DNA of 64,000 nucleotides from Malacoraja senta. Its lineage: Eukaryota. The notes beneath the pieces are model-generated. The model saw nothing but the letters and a program-made list of their open reading frames with translations, had not been told where the DNA came from and ran no database searches. Both the position numbers and the translations under genes were made by a program. Shown piece after piece: positions 46,571-58,902 of this stretch; positions within the stretch are counted from its first letter, which is position 1; each line of letters starts with the position of its first letter. Location: NCBI GenBank assembly GCA_038087875.1, contig CM075995.1:3164001-3228000 (forward strand), in the 5' to 3' direction.

Positions 46571-48504
46571 AGTCTGTTTTCAATACTGTTTCATTCTGTT
46601 TCGTTTGTTGCCCTACATTAAGAGGGTTTATTGGTTGTTTTATGACCAAAAATAGAACTGTTTTGTTTTTGCATGATATGCAATGTCATGTTTACAGCAT
46701 TATTGATGATACTCAGAGTCAATCGATGCAGTGAGAAGCCGGGATTTTGATCTGCAGCATAAAAATCACAGAGCTTTAAAATCTTCACGTAGTCACTCAC
46801 GTGACTCCGAAGTAAAATAGTAAGATTAAACGAGAACTTACCAGTTTGAAGTTTGATCTTTATTTTATGAGGAGTTACGTTGGTGATTACGTGCCCGCCA
46901 CGCCCAACCCTCTCTCATAGAAAAAAGGTCATAATGGTAGTTCTCATGTTGATCATCTTAATATGTTACTTCAATTATGGTTTTGTCTGTGATTTCATAC
47001 CGCTGCTTTGAAGATTGACGCGCATGCGCCCTGACGGGGTTCTTCACGTAATCACCAACGTAACTCCTCATAAAATAAAGATCAAACTTCAAACTGGTAA
47101 GTTCTCGTTTAATCTTACTATTCTTGATTAGTAGTACAGATGTCAGGGGTTATGGGGCAAAGGCAGGAGAATGGGGTTAGGAGGGATAGATAGATCAGCC
47201 ATGATTGAATGGTGGAGTAGACTTGATGGGCCAAATGGCCTAATTCTATTCCTATCACTTATTACCTTATGACCTTGTGACCACTATCAAACCAGTGCCG
47301 AAGGAAAGTAAGGTAGGCTGCCTCAATGACTACTGTACAGCAACTCCAACACATGATATGCTTCGAGAGTTTGGGCAAGGCCCATATTAACTCCAGCCTC
47401 CCAGCCAAACTTGATCCATCTTCTCATCTCCACCCACATCCGCTTCCATCAGTGACCATCCCCCCCTGCAATTTCCTGCTTCATTCATCCCTTCCCACCC
47501 AAACCCCCCCCCCACCGCAGGAACAGAGATCCAATTTTTCTCTTGTGCAAGAGAGAACTGCAGATGCTGGTTTAAATCGAAGGTAGACACAAAATGCTGG
47601 AGTAACTCAGTGGGTGAGACAGCATCTCAGGAGAGAAGGAATGGGCGATGTTCAGGTCGAGACCCAAGGACCCCAATGATGTAGATGGTAGTTCAGGTCC
47701 GCTCTCTAGTACGATAGAACCTACTGTACTTCTTCATACACCCAGGCACCTTGTCTGGCTGAGGATATGGGACCATTTTAAATAGATTTATTATTTCCCG
47801 TGGTGCCAAAAAATACACAATGGATCACCATGGGCTGGCGATTCACAGCTTTGCGGTAACCTTGACTTGATAACCTCTGGTGATAAATTACCTTGAGCGT
47901 GGATGCCATATCTCAGAACTCACCGTAATGTAACGTTCCAAACTGTGCCGACTAATTGCAAAAAAAAAAAGCACTGGAGGCCCGCCGTGAGTAAAGTGAT
48001 TACTGCAAATATTTCAGACTGGAGACAGACTGAAAGCACGAGACCAACGTAATAAATAGACACGGGGCCAGACCGAGAGGAGAGGCTGACAAGCCTAATG
48101 GAGGCAGAGCATCCGAACCCTCAGAATAGCTTCCCTCTGCTGAGAACAGGAACAGAAATTAAAAAGGCCATTTTTTTTCTCACTTCCCTACACTTCATTT
48201 CCCAGCATTTTCACACTTCATTTCACGGACGGATTTATACAGAGGAGGCAATGGACCTGATGAGGTGAAGGTCAAGGAAAGTTGGCTGGGGATATTCTTT
48301 GTGTTAGATTCCCATGGTTGTTGTTTTTTTGCGATAGACCTTAATTTTCCACAGCGCTGGTCGGGTGGTGGCAGAGTGACAGCCACACAAGCCCAGCTAG
48401 ACAGATGATGTGTGAATGCACTGTGCTGGCAATCTCACCTAATTACTGTGCTTCAATCAAACGAGCCAGTCTGATGCGGATATTTCCTCAATGTGGCTCT
48501 TTCC

Positions 48505-49000
48505 ACACACGCAGATACACACACACACACACACGCACACACACACACACACACGCACACGCACACGGATACGCACACACACACACGCACACGCACACAC
48601 ACACACACACACGGATACGCACACAGAGACAGGCAGACACAGAGAGACATACATGCGCAGGCACGGTCACACACACACACATACAAAAACACACGTACAC
48701 ACACTCGCACAGATGCACACAAATACACATACGTACACTCACTTAGATGCACACAAAGACACATATACACGCACTCATGCGCACACATGCAGACACGTGC
48801 ACACAAAAACACACATACGCACACTCATACAGTTGCACACCAACACACATATGCACTCACAAGCAAGCATGCACACACATACACACACACACATATGCAC
48901 ACTCATACAGATGCACACAAACATACATAAACATGCACAAGCATACGTGCACAAAACACAAACATGCACACACAACACAAACACGCACAGACTTGCACAC

Positions 49001-49039
<39 letters not shown>

Positions 49040-49350
49040 TCCATGTACACATAGATGCACACAACACACATTCGCACTCACAAGCATGTGCACACACAAA
49101 TGCACACACATGCACACAATGTACACACGTACACACACTCACACAGATGCACACAAACATGCACAACGATACGCGCACAAAACACACACATGCACACACA
49201 CAAACACGCACAGACATGCACACACATGCACACATACACACAAAAATCCACGTGCACGCATTCACATAGATGCACACAAACACATTCGCACTCACAAGCA
49301 TGTATGCACACACACAACACACACAGAAAAACACACGCGCACACACATAT
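48505..49350. repeat. Degenerate (CA)n-rich low-complexity tract
   Basis: Directly visible; source of the His/Thr and Cys/Val ORFs. Confidence 0.97.
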
Positions 49351-49584
49351 TACTGGAGAACTGCACATCCAGAAGGTAGACACAAAATGCTTGAGTAACT
49401 CAGCGGGACAGGCAGCGTCTCTGGAGAGAAGCATTCTGCCTATCACGCTGAGTTACTGCAGCATTTTGTGTCTACCTTTGATTTAAACCAGCATCTGCAG
49501 TTCTTTCCTGTACATCATGAAGGGCTGTCCCAATGCACAACACCTTCCTTGAGCCAACAACATGTTTAAATCAGTTTATTAGGA

Positions 49585-51279
49585 AATTAGGAAAAAATGA
49601 GTTAAGACCAAAGTTGGACCCTTGAAAAGAGGAAAAAATCAGTTAAGACCAAAGTTGGACCCTTGAAGACTGAGAAGGGTGAATTTATTATGGGGGACAA
49701 GGAAATGGCAGATGAGTTGAACAGGTACTTTGGATCCGTCTTCACTAAGGAAGACACAAACAACCTTCCTGATGTACTAGTGGCCAGAGGATCTGGGGTG
49801 ATGGGGGAACTGAAAGAAATCCACATTAGTCAGGAAATGGTGTTGTGTAGACTGATGGGACTGAAGGCTGATAAATCCCCAGGGCCTGATGGTCTGCATC
49901 CCAGGGTACTTAAGGAAGTAGCTCGAGAAATCGTGGATGCATTGGTGATAATTTTCCAATGTTCTATAGATTCAGGATCAGTTCCTGTGGATTGGAGGGT
50001 AGCTAATGTTATCCCACTTTTTAAGAAAAGCGGGAGAGAGAAAACTGGGAATTATAGACCAGTTAGCCTGACATTGGTGGTGGGGATGATGCCCGAGTCA
50101 ATCATAAAAGATGAAATAGCAGCAAATTTGGATAGCAGTAACAGGATCGGTCCGAGTCAGCATGGATTTACGAAGGGGAAATCATGCTTGACTAATCTTC
50201 TGGAATTTTTTGAGGATGTAACTAGAAAAATGGACATGGGAGCGCCAGTGGATATAGTGTACCTGGACTTTCAGAAAGCATTCGATAAGGTCCTACATAG
50301 GAGATTAGTGGGCAAAATGAGGGCACATGGTATTGGGGGTAGAGTGCTGACATGGATTCACAATATATATTAATGATTTAGATGAAGGGTTTAAACGTAA
50401 CATTAGCAAATTTGCAGATGACACAAGGTGGCAGTGTGAATTGTGAGGAGGATGCTATGAGAATGCAGGGTGACTTGCACAGGTTGGGTGAGTGGGCAGA
50501 TGCATGGCAGATGCAGTTTAATGTGGATAAATGTGAGGTTATCCACTTTGGTGGCAAAAACAGGAAGGCAGATTATTATCTAAACGGTGTCAAGTTGGGA
50601 AAAGGGGAAGTACAACAAGATCTGGGGGTCCTTGTTCATCAGTCAATGAAAGTAAGCATGCAGGTACAGCAGGCAGTGAAGAAAGCGAATGGCATGTTGG
50701 CCTTCATAACAAGAGGAGTTGAGTATATGAGCAAAGAGGTCCTTCTGCAGTTGTACAAGGCCCTAGTGAGACCACACCTGGAGTATTGTGTGCAGTTTTG
50801 GTCTCCAAATTTGAGGAAGGACATTCTTGCAATTGAGGGAGTGCAGCGTAGGTTCACAAGGGTAATTCCCGGGATGGTGGGACTGTCATATGCTGGGAGA
50901 ATGGAGCGGCACTGGAATTTAGAAGGATGAGAGGGGATCTTATTGAAACATATAAGATTATTAAGGGTTTGGACACGCTAGAGGCAGGAAACCTGTTCCT
51001 GATGTTGGGGGAGTCCAGAACCAGGGGCCACAGTTTAAGAATAAGGGGTAAGCCATTTATAACAGAGACGAGGAAACACTTCTTCACACAGAGAGTTGTG
51101 AGTCTGTGGAATTCTCTGACTCAGAGGGCGGTGGAGGAAAGAAAGAGCTAGATAGGGCTCTTTAAGATAGGGGGATAGGGGGAGAAGGCAGGAACGGGGT
51201 ACTAATTGTGGATGATCAGCCATGATCACATTGAATGGCGGTGCTGGCTCGAAGGGCCGAATGGCCTACTCCTGCGCCT
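49585..51279 (+). mobile_element. CR1 LINE, 5'-truncated, with internal deletions
   Basis: ORFs 49663-50373, 50382-50930 and 50927-51151 encode RT pieces; tail remainder at about 52808-52830. Confidence 0.92.
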
Positions 51280-52806
51280 AAGCAACCTATACCCAGCCAC
51301 TGACACCCTCCTCCGCCTAGCAGAGCTGGTCCTTACACTTAATAACTTTTCATTTGAATCCTCCCATTTCCTCCAAATACAAGGCGTAGCTATGGGCACA
51401 CGCATGGGCCCCAGCTACGCCTGCCTCTTTGTCGGGTACGTAGAACAATCCTTGTTCAATGCGTACGAGGGCCCCATCCCCGACCTCTACCTCCGCTACA
51501 TCGATGATTGTTTTGGTGCCACATCCTGCACCCACACACAACTGACTGACTTCATCCACTTCACCACCAACCTCCATCCGGCACTCAAATACACCTGGAC
51601 CATTTCCGACATTTCCCTACCATTCCTTGACCTCACTATCTCCATCGAAGGTGATAGACTCCTTACCGACATCCACTACAAACCCACCGACTCCCATGGC
51701 TATCTGGACTACAGTTCTTCCCACCCTGCTTCCTGTAAGGACTCCATTCCCCACTCCCAATTCCTCCGTCTATGCCGCATCTGCTCCCAGGATGAGGCGT
51801 TCCACACCAGGGCATCTGAAATGTCCTCATTCTTCAGGGAACGGGGGTTCCCCTCCTCCACCATAGATGAGGCTCGCACCAGGGTCTCTGCCATACCCCG
51901 CAACACTGCTCTCTCTCCCCATCCCCCCACTCACAACAAGGGCAGAGTCCCCCTAGTCCTCACCTTTCACCCCACCAGCCGTCACATACAACAAGTGATC
52001 CTCCGTCAGTTTCGCCACCTCCAACGTGACCCCACCACTCGCCACATCTTCCCATCTCCCCCCATGTCCGCCTTCCGCAAAGACAGCTCCCTCCGTAACT
52101 CCCTTGTCAATTCTTCCCTTCCCTCCCATACCACCCCCTCCCCTGGTACTTTCCCTTGCAACCGCAAGAGATGCAACACTTGTCCCTTCACCTCCCCCCT
52201 CGACTCCATTCAAGGACCCAAGCAGTCGTTCCAGGTGCGACAGAGGTTCACTTGCATCTCCTCCATCCTCATCTATTGCATCCGCTGCTCTAGATGCCAG
52301 TTGATCTACATCGGTGCGACCAAGCGGAGGCTTGGCGATCGTTTCGCCGAACACCTCCGGTCGGTCCGCATTAACCAACTTGACCTCCCGGTGGCTCAGC
52401 ACTTCAACTCCCCCTCCCATTCCGTATCTGACCTCTCTGTCCTGGGTCTCCTCCATGGCCACAGCGAGCAACACCGTAAATTGGAGGAAATGCACCTCAT
52501 ATTCCGCTTGGGCAGTCTACATCTTGGGGGCTTGAACATTGAATTCTCCCAATTCTGCTAGCCCTTGCCGTCCCCTCCCCTTCATCAGCCCTCTGGTTGT
52601 CTCCTCCCCTCCCCCAGCCCTCAGGCTCCTCCTCCGCCTTTTTCCTTTTTTCCTTTCTTCTCCTCACCCCCTATCAGTCTGAAGAAGGGTTTCGGCCCGA
52701 AACGTTGCCTATTTCCTTCGCTCCATAGATGCTGCTGCACCCGCTGAGTTTCTCCAGCATTTTTGTGTACCTTCGATTTTCCAGCATCTGCAGTTCCTTC
52801 TTTAAC
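51280..52806 (+). mobile_element. Penelope-like element, 5'-truncated, open RT-to-GIY-YIG frame
   Basis: ORF to 52561: QGVAMGTRMGP, YLRYIDDCF, PFLDL, LIYCIRC...YIGATKR; 3' terminal repeat; inserted in the CR1 3' UTR. Confidence 0.95.
52672..52712 (+). ncRNA. Minimal type-I hammerhead-like motif in the Penelope terminal repeat
   Basis: CTGAAGA-A-GGG TTTCGG CCC-GAAA-CGTT; same motif at 16864, 35192, 37521 (+) and about 23830, 38692 (-); helix I pairing is weak. Confidence 0.55.
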
Positions 52807-53061
52807 ACCTATTGTCTCATGTCTATTTATAAATAATCATCCTGGCACTCTGGCAGATACATCAGTCATAAAGGAGAGGTAGGGGAAGCAGAAGGCCAAA
52901 CAAGCTTGAGGGGGTGAATAGCCTCACACTGCGATGTGTCTCTGGCTTATTCGAGTGGCTTATTCGAGTTGGTCAAGGGGGACATTCCTAAGCACGGCAC
53001 CCACAGCAATTATTACCTGCCTGACAATTTTCTCCTCCTCGTCCTTTGAACAGACAATGGC

Positions 53062-53390
53062 TTGGATAGAGTGGATGTGGAGATGATATTTCTCCTAGTG
53101 GGAGAGTCTAGGACCAGAGGTCATGGCCTCAGAATTAAGGGATGTTCTTTTAGGAAGGAGATGAGGAGGATTTTCTTTAGTCAGAGAGTGGTGAATCTGT
53201 GGCCACAGAAGGCTGTGGAGGCAAAGTCAGTAAGATATATTTAAGGCAGAGACATGATTCGTGATCCGTATGAGGAGAAGGCAGGAAATGGGGTTAGGAA
53301 GGAGATATAGATCAGCCATGATTGAATGGCGAACTAGACGTGATGGGCCGACTGGCCTAATTCTGCTCCTATCACTTATGATCTTATGAT
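53062..53390 (+). mobile_element. CR1-like 3' fragment
   Basis: ORF 53062-53244: VGESRTRGHGLRIKG...SQRVVNLW; (CTTATGAT)n tail. Confidence 0.8.
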
Positions 53391-54864
53391 CAATTGCCAG
53401 GATTTAGCTGCTTCATTGAGCAGGGAGAAGAAAAATTAAAATGCATCCCTTGAATTATTTTATTTTAAACGCAGATTATTTTGCTTCCCTACGTGCCCGG
53501 GATCATGAAATGTGCACACATATATGACAATTAATAATAACGATGCACTCCCAAATGCTTAAATGCAAATGATAATCTGTCTGAAATATAACAGAACACA
53601 CCATAAGCCTGAAACAAGGCAGTGGAGAAATGAGAAGTGCTGGTATAAACAGGAAGGATCAAGTTTTATAGGAAACCTCAGGAATGATGTCGTTTAAGAG
53701 AGAGGATAAATTCCAGTCACCGATGTAGTCCTTGGGTGTAAGTAGTCTATAAAAATGAAGTGTGTGTGTGAAACACCATCCATTTCAAACAAACAAAGTC
53801 ACAAAGTATTTTCTCATATGTTAAAAAAAAACTTATTTGCATAACTTTCCATTCAAGGTTAACTACATCTCAGATTTAATAACCATAGATTTTGAACTAT
53901 GACCAAAGTCACTTGGCTCATCTGGAGAGACCTTGCAATCTCTCCTCTCCCAGTATTGAACTGACCCCAAAAACAACTTGAGAGACACAAAAAGCTGGAG
54001 TAACTCAGTGGGTCAGACAGCATCTCTGGAGTAAAGAAATAGATGACGTTCCGGGTCGAGGCACCTCTTGGTTTCACTACGATGATAGCTGTTCTGTGTC
54101 TCAGTCCAGCAAAAACTCTCAGATGTGACATTTAAAGCAAGTACTTGCAAGTACTAGATTACTGCAGTACTGTTTGTAACTTTAGATGTTCCAAAGAGTA
54201 TTCAGCTGTCTCGACCCAAGACATCACCCATTCCTTCTCTCCAGAGATGCTGCCTGTCCTGCTGAGTTCCTCAAGCATTTTGTGTCTACCTTTGATGTAA
54301 ACCAGCATCCGCAGTTCCTTCCTACATTTTTAGTCAGCTACTCTTTGAAATGTAGTCACGGTTGTAGACCAAAATCAATCAGCAGGCAGTGGTGGCCACC
54401 TAGGTATCAATAACAACACTGAGATTAACAATTTTACTTCGGAGCCACGTGAGTGACTGCGTGAAGAAGCCCCCGTCCAGCCGCACACGCGTCATATCGT
54501 CAGACGCATAGCCCGTCCAACCGGTAAGTACAAAGCCTGAAGGTAAGTGGTTCACTATTTGCTTTCAGGTCACTTTCTTCAGAGAAACTTGTAGTTGTGA
54601 GGCAACACAAGTTAGAATGGAGAAAGGACGTAAGGGAGGCGTACCGCAGGTAAAACCCGAGAAGACCGCGGGTCTGCGAGTAGCGGGCGCCCACTTGAGG
54701 AGTCGGTGGCAGCGAGGCCATCGACTATAGAAACGGTTAAAAGAAGTACCGTGGCAGTGCCATTAGAGCGCAAGGCCAGGCAAAAAGTCCGTGCGGCCAG
54801 CAGACTCTGAGGAGTCAGACCGGAGGTTCCCCCGCCTCAGGCAGACATTTTGTCTACTCGGGTC

Positions 54865-55290
54865 TGCGTTGGCCTACGGGAGAGCCAGTGCAGGGAGTGC
54901 CTGGGAAAGGTCCGGCTCAGCGTTGGCCTACAGGAGAGCCAGCGCAGGGAGTGCTTGGGTAAGGTCTGGCTCAGCGTTGGCCTACAGGAGAGCCAGCGCA
55001 GGGAGTGCTTGGATAAGGTCTGGCTCAGCGTTGGCCTACAGGAGAGCCAGCGCAGGGAGTGCTTGGATAAGGTCTGGCTCAGCGTTGGCCTACAGGAGAG
55101 CCAGCGCCAACAATGTCTGAAGGAAGACAGTATAAGCGTTGGCCTACAGGAGAGCCAGTGCCAGCAGCACCTGAAAGAGGGCTGCCTATGCGTGGGCCTA
55201 CAGGAGAGCCCGCGCGGCGAGCACCTGAAAAAAGGGTTTACTATTCGTAGGCCTATGGGAGAGCCAGCGCTAGAAACACCTGAAGCAGGG
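54865..55290. repeat. 54-bp tandem repeat in DIRS ORF1
   Basis: AGCGTTGGCCTACAGGAGAGCCAGCGCAGGGAGTGCTTGGATAAGGTCTGGCTC; 18-aa periodicity in ORFs 54791 and 54850. Confidence 0.92.
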
Positions 55291-57407
55291 ATGCCAGTTC
55301 GCCCCCTCCATGAGGAGGATTATTTTATGGGCAGCAAGATTCAGATGACGAATCATATGAGGACCAGAGCCCAATAACAGAGCCTAAAGGACCAGGTCTG
55401 GCACAAAATAAAATTTGCCGTTCCCAGACTATCAGGGGAACCATTGGGAGATAAATTAACAATGACAATAAATTACTTGCTCTCCCATCAGCTCCAGGTA
55501 CTGACCATGGATAAGACTGTCAAAAAATATAAACCCGCAGAATTGCGCACTGCTAGCAGTCCCAGTGGTGAATAATGTAATATGGGGCTATCTGGGCATT
55601 GCAGTACGCGCACAATAAATGAAATTACAGGGGGTGTTGAAATTGCTGGGGTCAGGCATTACGGCTTTGGCCAGAGGCTTGGATGGAGAGCACGTGTCTG
55701 CATCACAACAAGGTTGCCTTAGCACTCATGTGTAGTGCGCACTTTGAAATAAACTGTATTTGTAAAAATGCTATAAGACCTAACATACACCCTAAGTTTG
55801 CGGGGCTCTGTAAAACATCTAATATTCAATTGCCTAATCTGCTTTTTGGAGAGAATCTAGCCAAAAGGGTAAAAGACCTGAATGAAGAAGTTAAAACCAT
55901 GGGGATGATGAAACCACCGGTGATGGCAGATCAATTCAAAGGCAGTTTCCCTACCGACGAGTGGTGACTAGGGCCAGTGAAGGATCAAATCGGTCTTTCC
56001 TATATATGCGTTAATGGCGCACTGCTCTTGGGGCACGTGGAGGTTACAGTATTCCCACTAAGAGAACAATTGCCATCGGCAAACCCCGAGGTGGGTGGGT
56101 CTGGTCCTGTAAGAGACATATTAATTTTTCACACTTACAAGATTACAATTCTTCCTAAAAGAATGGCAATCTGATGCATTTATACTGTACAGTATTGTGG
56201 GGTTTAGAATTAAATTCTACCCATATTTGGATCCGCCTACTCGACATATTTCAAACTGGACACGTATTTTCTCAAAAGAAGAGAATATGCAGATTCAGGC
56301 AGAACTTGAAATATTGTGTAAAAAAGGGTAATTGAGAAGTCAGTTCACCAACACCACCAATTTGTGTCAAGTATTTTCTTAGAGCAAAAAAGGATGTTGG
56401 GTGTAGAATTATTCTAGATCTGACAAGTCTTAACCCTTTTGTACAGTACAAAAAACATTTTTAAATGGAGACATTTGCCAATGCTATACAGCTAATTTCA
56501 AGAAAATACTATATGGCTAGCATAGATCTTCAAGATGCATATTACTGAGTGGCTGTGCATGGTAATGATCAAAGATATTTAAAATTTAGCTGGATGAGTC
56601 AATTATGGCAATATAAAGCATTGCCTAATGGTTTAACCTCAGCTCTGAGACTATTTACCAAATTGTTAAAAACCAATCTTAGCACTACTAAGAGCTCAGT
56701 GCCATTTGGTAATGGCCTATTTGGATATATTCTGATTGTGGGAGACACTCAGGCTACAACAGAAGCATCAGTGTCAAGAATCAAGCTCACTTTCGAGAGG
56801 CTGGGATTTATTATCCATTCAGATAATTCCAAATTATTACCAAACACAGTAATTGATTACTTGGGTTTTACTATTAATTCAGAACACATGGTAGTGACTC
56901 CGCCCAAGGATAAAAGCTGCAGTTAATTGAAGGTTGTATTAAGCTCATTACACAGCACCAACCCTCAATTAGGCAGGTAGCAAGCTTGTTTGGCAAACTA
57001 ATTGCTTAATTTCCGGCTGTACAGTTTGAACCGCTGCATTATCAGCATTTACAGCAAGCATAGGTACAGGCATTGAGGATACATTTAGGGCATTTGAAAT
57101 ATTTGTTATTACTGAAATACTTTGGTGGATCATGAGTGTCTCATATGCTTCCAGAGAGATTCTGGTTGAAACACCTTCCATTATTCTACAGACTGATTTA
57201 AGTGCTCTCGGTTGGGGCACTACTAATACTATTTCCAGCTGTGGAGGTAGATGGAATGTGGAGAAAGTACCTTTGATTCAAGAACTAGGGATGATTTACT
57301 TAGAGCTTTTAGGAACATTTTATGGGCCTATAGCTTATTGCTCTAATATGCAAAATTTGCATGTTCAGGTACAGATTGACAAAACTACGGAATAGTAACG
57401 TATGTTA

Positions 57408-58902
57408 CTTTAGATTCTGGAGTAGTTCCTGAGGATTGGAGGGTAGCAAACGTAACCCCACTTTTTAAGAAGGGAGGGAGAGAGAAAACGGGGATTTACA
57501 GACCAGTTAGTCTAACATCGGTAGTGGGGAAACTGCTAGAGTCAGTTATTAAAGATGGGATAGCAGCACATTTGGAAAGTGGTGAAATCATTGGACAAAG
57601 TCAGCATGGATTTACGAAAGGTAAATCGTGTCTGACGAATCTTATAGAATTTTTCGAGGATGTAACTAGTAGAGTGGATAGGGGAGAACCAGTGGATGTG
57701 TTGTATCTGGACTTTCAGAAGGCTTTCGACAAGGTACCACATAAGAGATTAGGATACAAACTTAAATCACACGGTATTGGGGGTTCAGTATTGATGTGGA
57801 TAGAGAACTGGCTGGCAAACAGGAAGCAAAGAGTAGGAGTAAACGGGTCCTTTTCACAATGGCAGGCAGTGACTAGTGGGGTACCGCAAGGCTCAGTGCT
57901 GGGACCCCAGCTATTTACAATTTATATTAATGATCTGGACGAGGGAATTGAAAGCAACATCTCCAAGTTTGCCGATGACACTAAGCTGGGGGGCAGTGTT
58001 AGCTGTGAGGAGGATGCTAGGAGACTGCAAGGTGACTTGGATAGGCTGGGTGAGTGGGCAAATGTTTGGCAGATGCAGTATAATGTGGATAAATGTGAGG
58101 TTATCCACTTTGGTGGCAAAAACGGGAAGGCAGACTATTATCTAAATGGTGGCCAATTAGGAAATGGGGAGATGCAGCGAGACCTGGGTGTAATGGTACA
58201 CCAGTCATTGAAAGTAGGCATGCAGGTGCAGCAGGCAGTGAAGAAAGCGAATGGTATGTTGGCCTTCATAGCAAGAGGATTTGAGTATAGGGGCAGGGAG
58301 GTTCTACTGCAGTTGTACAGAGTCTTGGTGAGACCAAACCTGGAGTATTGCGTACAGTTTTGGTCTCCAAATCTGAGGAAGGACATTATAGCCATAGACG
58401 GAGTGCAAAGAAGGTTCACCAGACTGATTCCTGGGATGTCAGGACTTTCATATGAAGAAAGACTGGATAGACTTGGCTTATACTCGCTAGAATTTAGGAG
58501 ATTGAGATGGGATCTTAAAGAAACGTACAAAATTCTTATGGGGTTGGACAGGCTAGATGCAGGAAGATTGTTCCCGATGTTGGGGAAGTCCAGGACAAGG
58601 GGTCACAGCTTAAGGATAAGGGGCAAATCCTTTAAGACCGAGATGAGGAAAAACTTTTTCACACAGAGAGTGGTGAATCTCTGGAACTCTCTGCCACAGA
58701 GGGTAGTTGAGGCCAGTTCATTGGCTATATTTAAGAGGGAGTTAGATGTGGCCCTTGTGGCTAAAGGGATCAGGGGGTATGGAGAGAAGGCAGGTACGGG
58801 ATACTGAGTTGGATGATCAGCCATGATCATATTGAATGGCGGTGCAGGCTCGAAGGGCCGAATGGCCTACTCCTGCACCTATTTTCTATGTATCTATGTA
58901 TC
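57408..58902 (+). mobile_element. CR1 LINE 3' half inserted in the DIRS RNase H region
   Basis: Uninterrupted RT ORF 57524-58807; nearly identical to about 20000-21500; flanked by TATGTTA (57401-57407 / 58903-58909). Confidence 0.95.

Larger units (their letters stand above)
42661..47122 (+). mobile_element. DIRS-type tyrosine-recombinase retrotransposon, degenerate (left ITR clipped)
   Basis: Left ITR AGTGACTACGTGAAGAACCCCGTCAGGGCGCATGCGCGTCA is inverted at about 47016-47050; ICR at about 46782-46883 is complementary to both ends; remnants of gag, RT (YNPLPNGFSSA), RNase H (IDNTAAVADMNHMGG), methyltransferase (VYIFPPF) and YR. Confidence 0.92.
42275..47420 (+). mobile_element. Rex1/Babar-like RT fragment (about 42275-42437 and 47278-47420) split by a CR1 insertion that itself holds a DIRS element
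   Basis: KATGLDGVPG / QLAEAFKDIFNLSL...FKMTTI continues as TIKPVPKESKVGCLNDY / CFESLGKAHINSSLPAKLDP; 12-bp duplication TGACCACTATCA. Confidence 0.75.

Noticed and set aside
47750..48480. Repeat-free stretch (also about 12150-12600) as possible conserved non-coding element
   Set aside because: Conservation cannot be judged from one sequence and no diagnostic motif was seen.
48405..49486. His/Thr- and Cys/Val-rich ORFs
   Set aside because: Translation of a degenerate (CA)n tract.
51206..51279. N-terminus of the 451-aa ORF as a real CR1-Penelope fusion protein
   Set aside because: Chance read-through from the CR1 3' UTR into a 5'-truncated Penelope RT.
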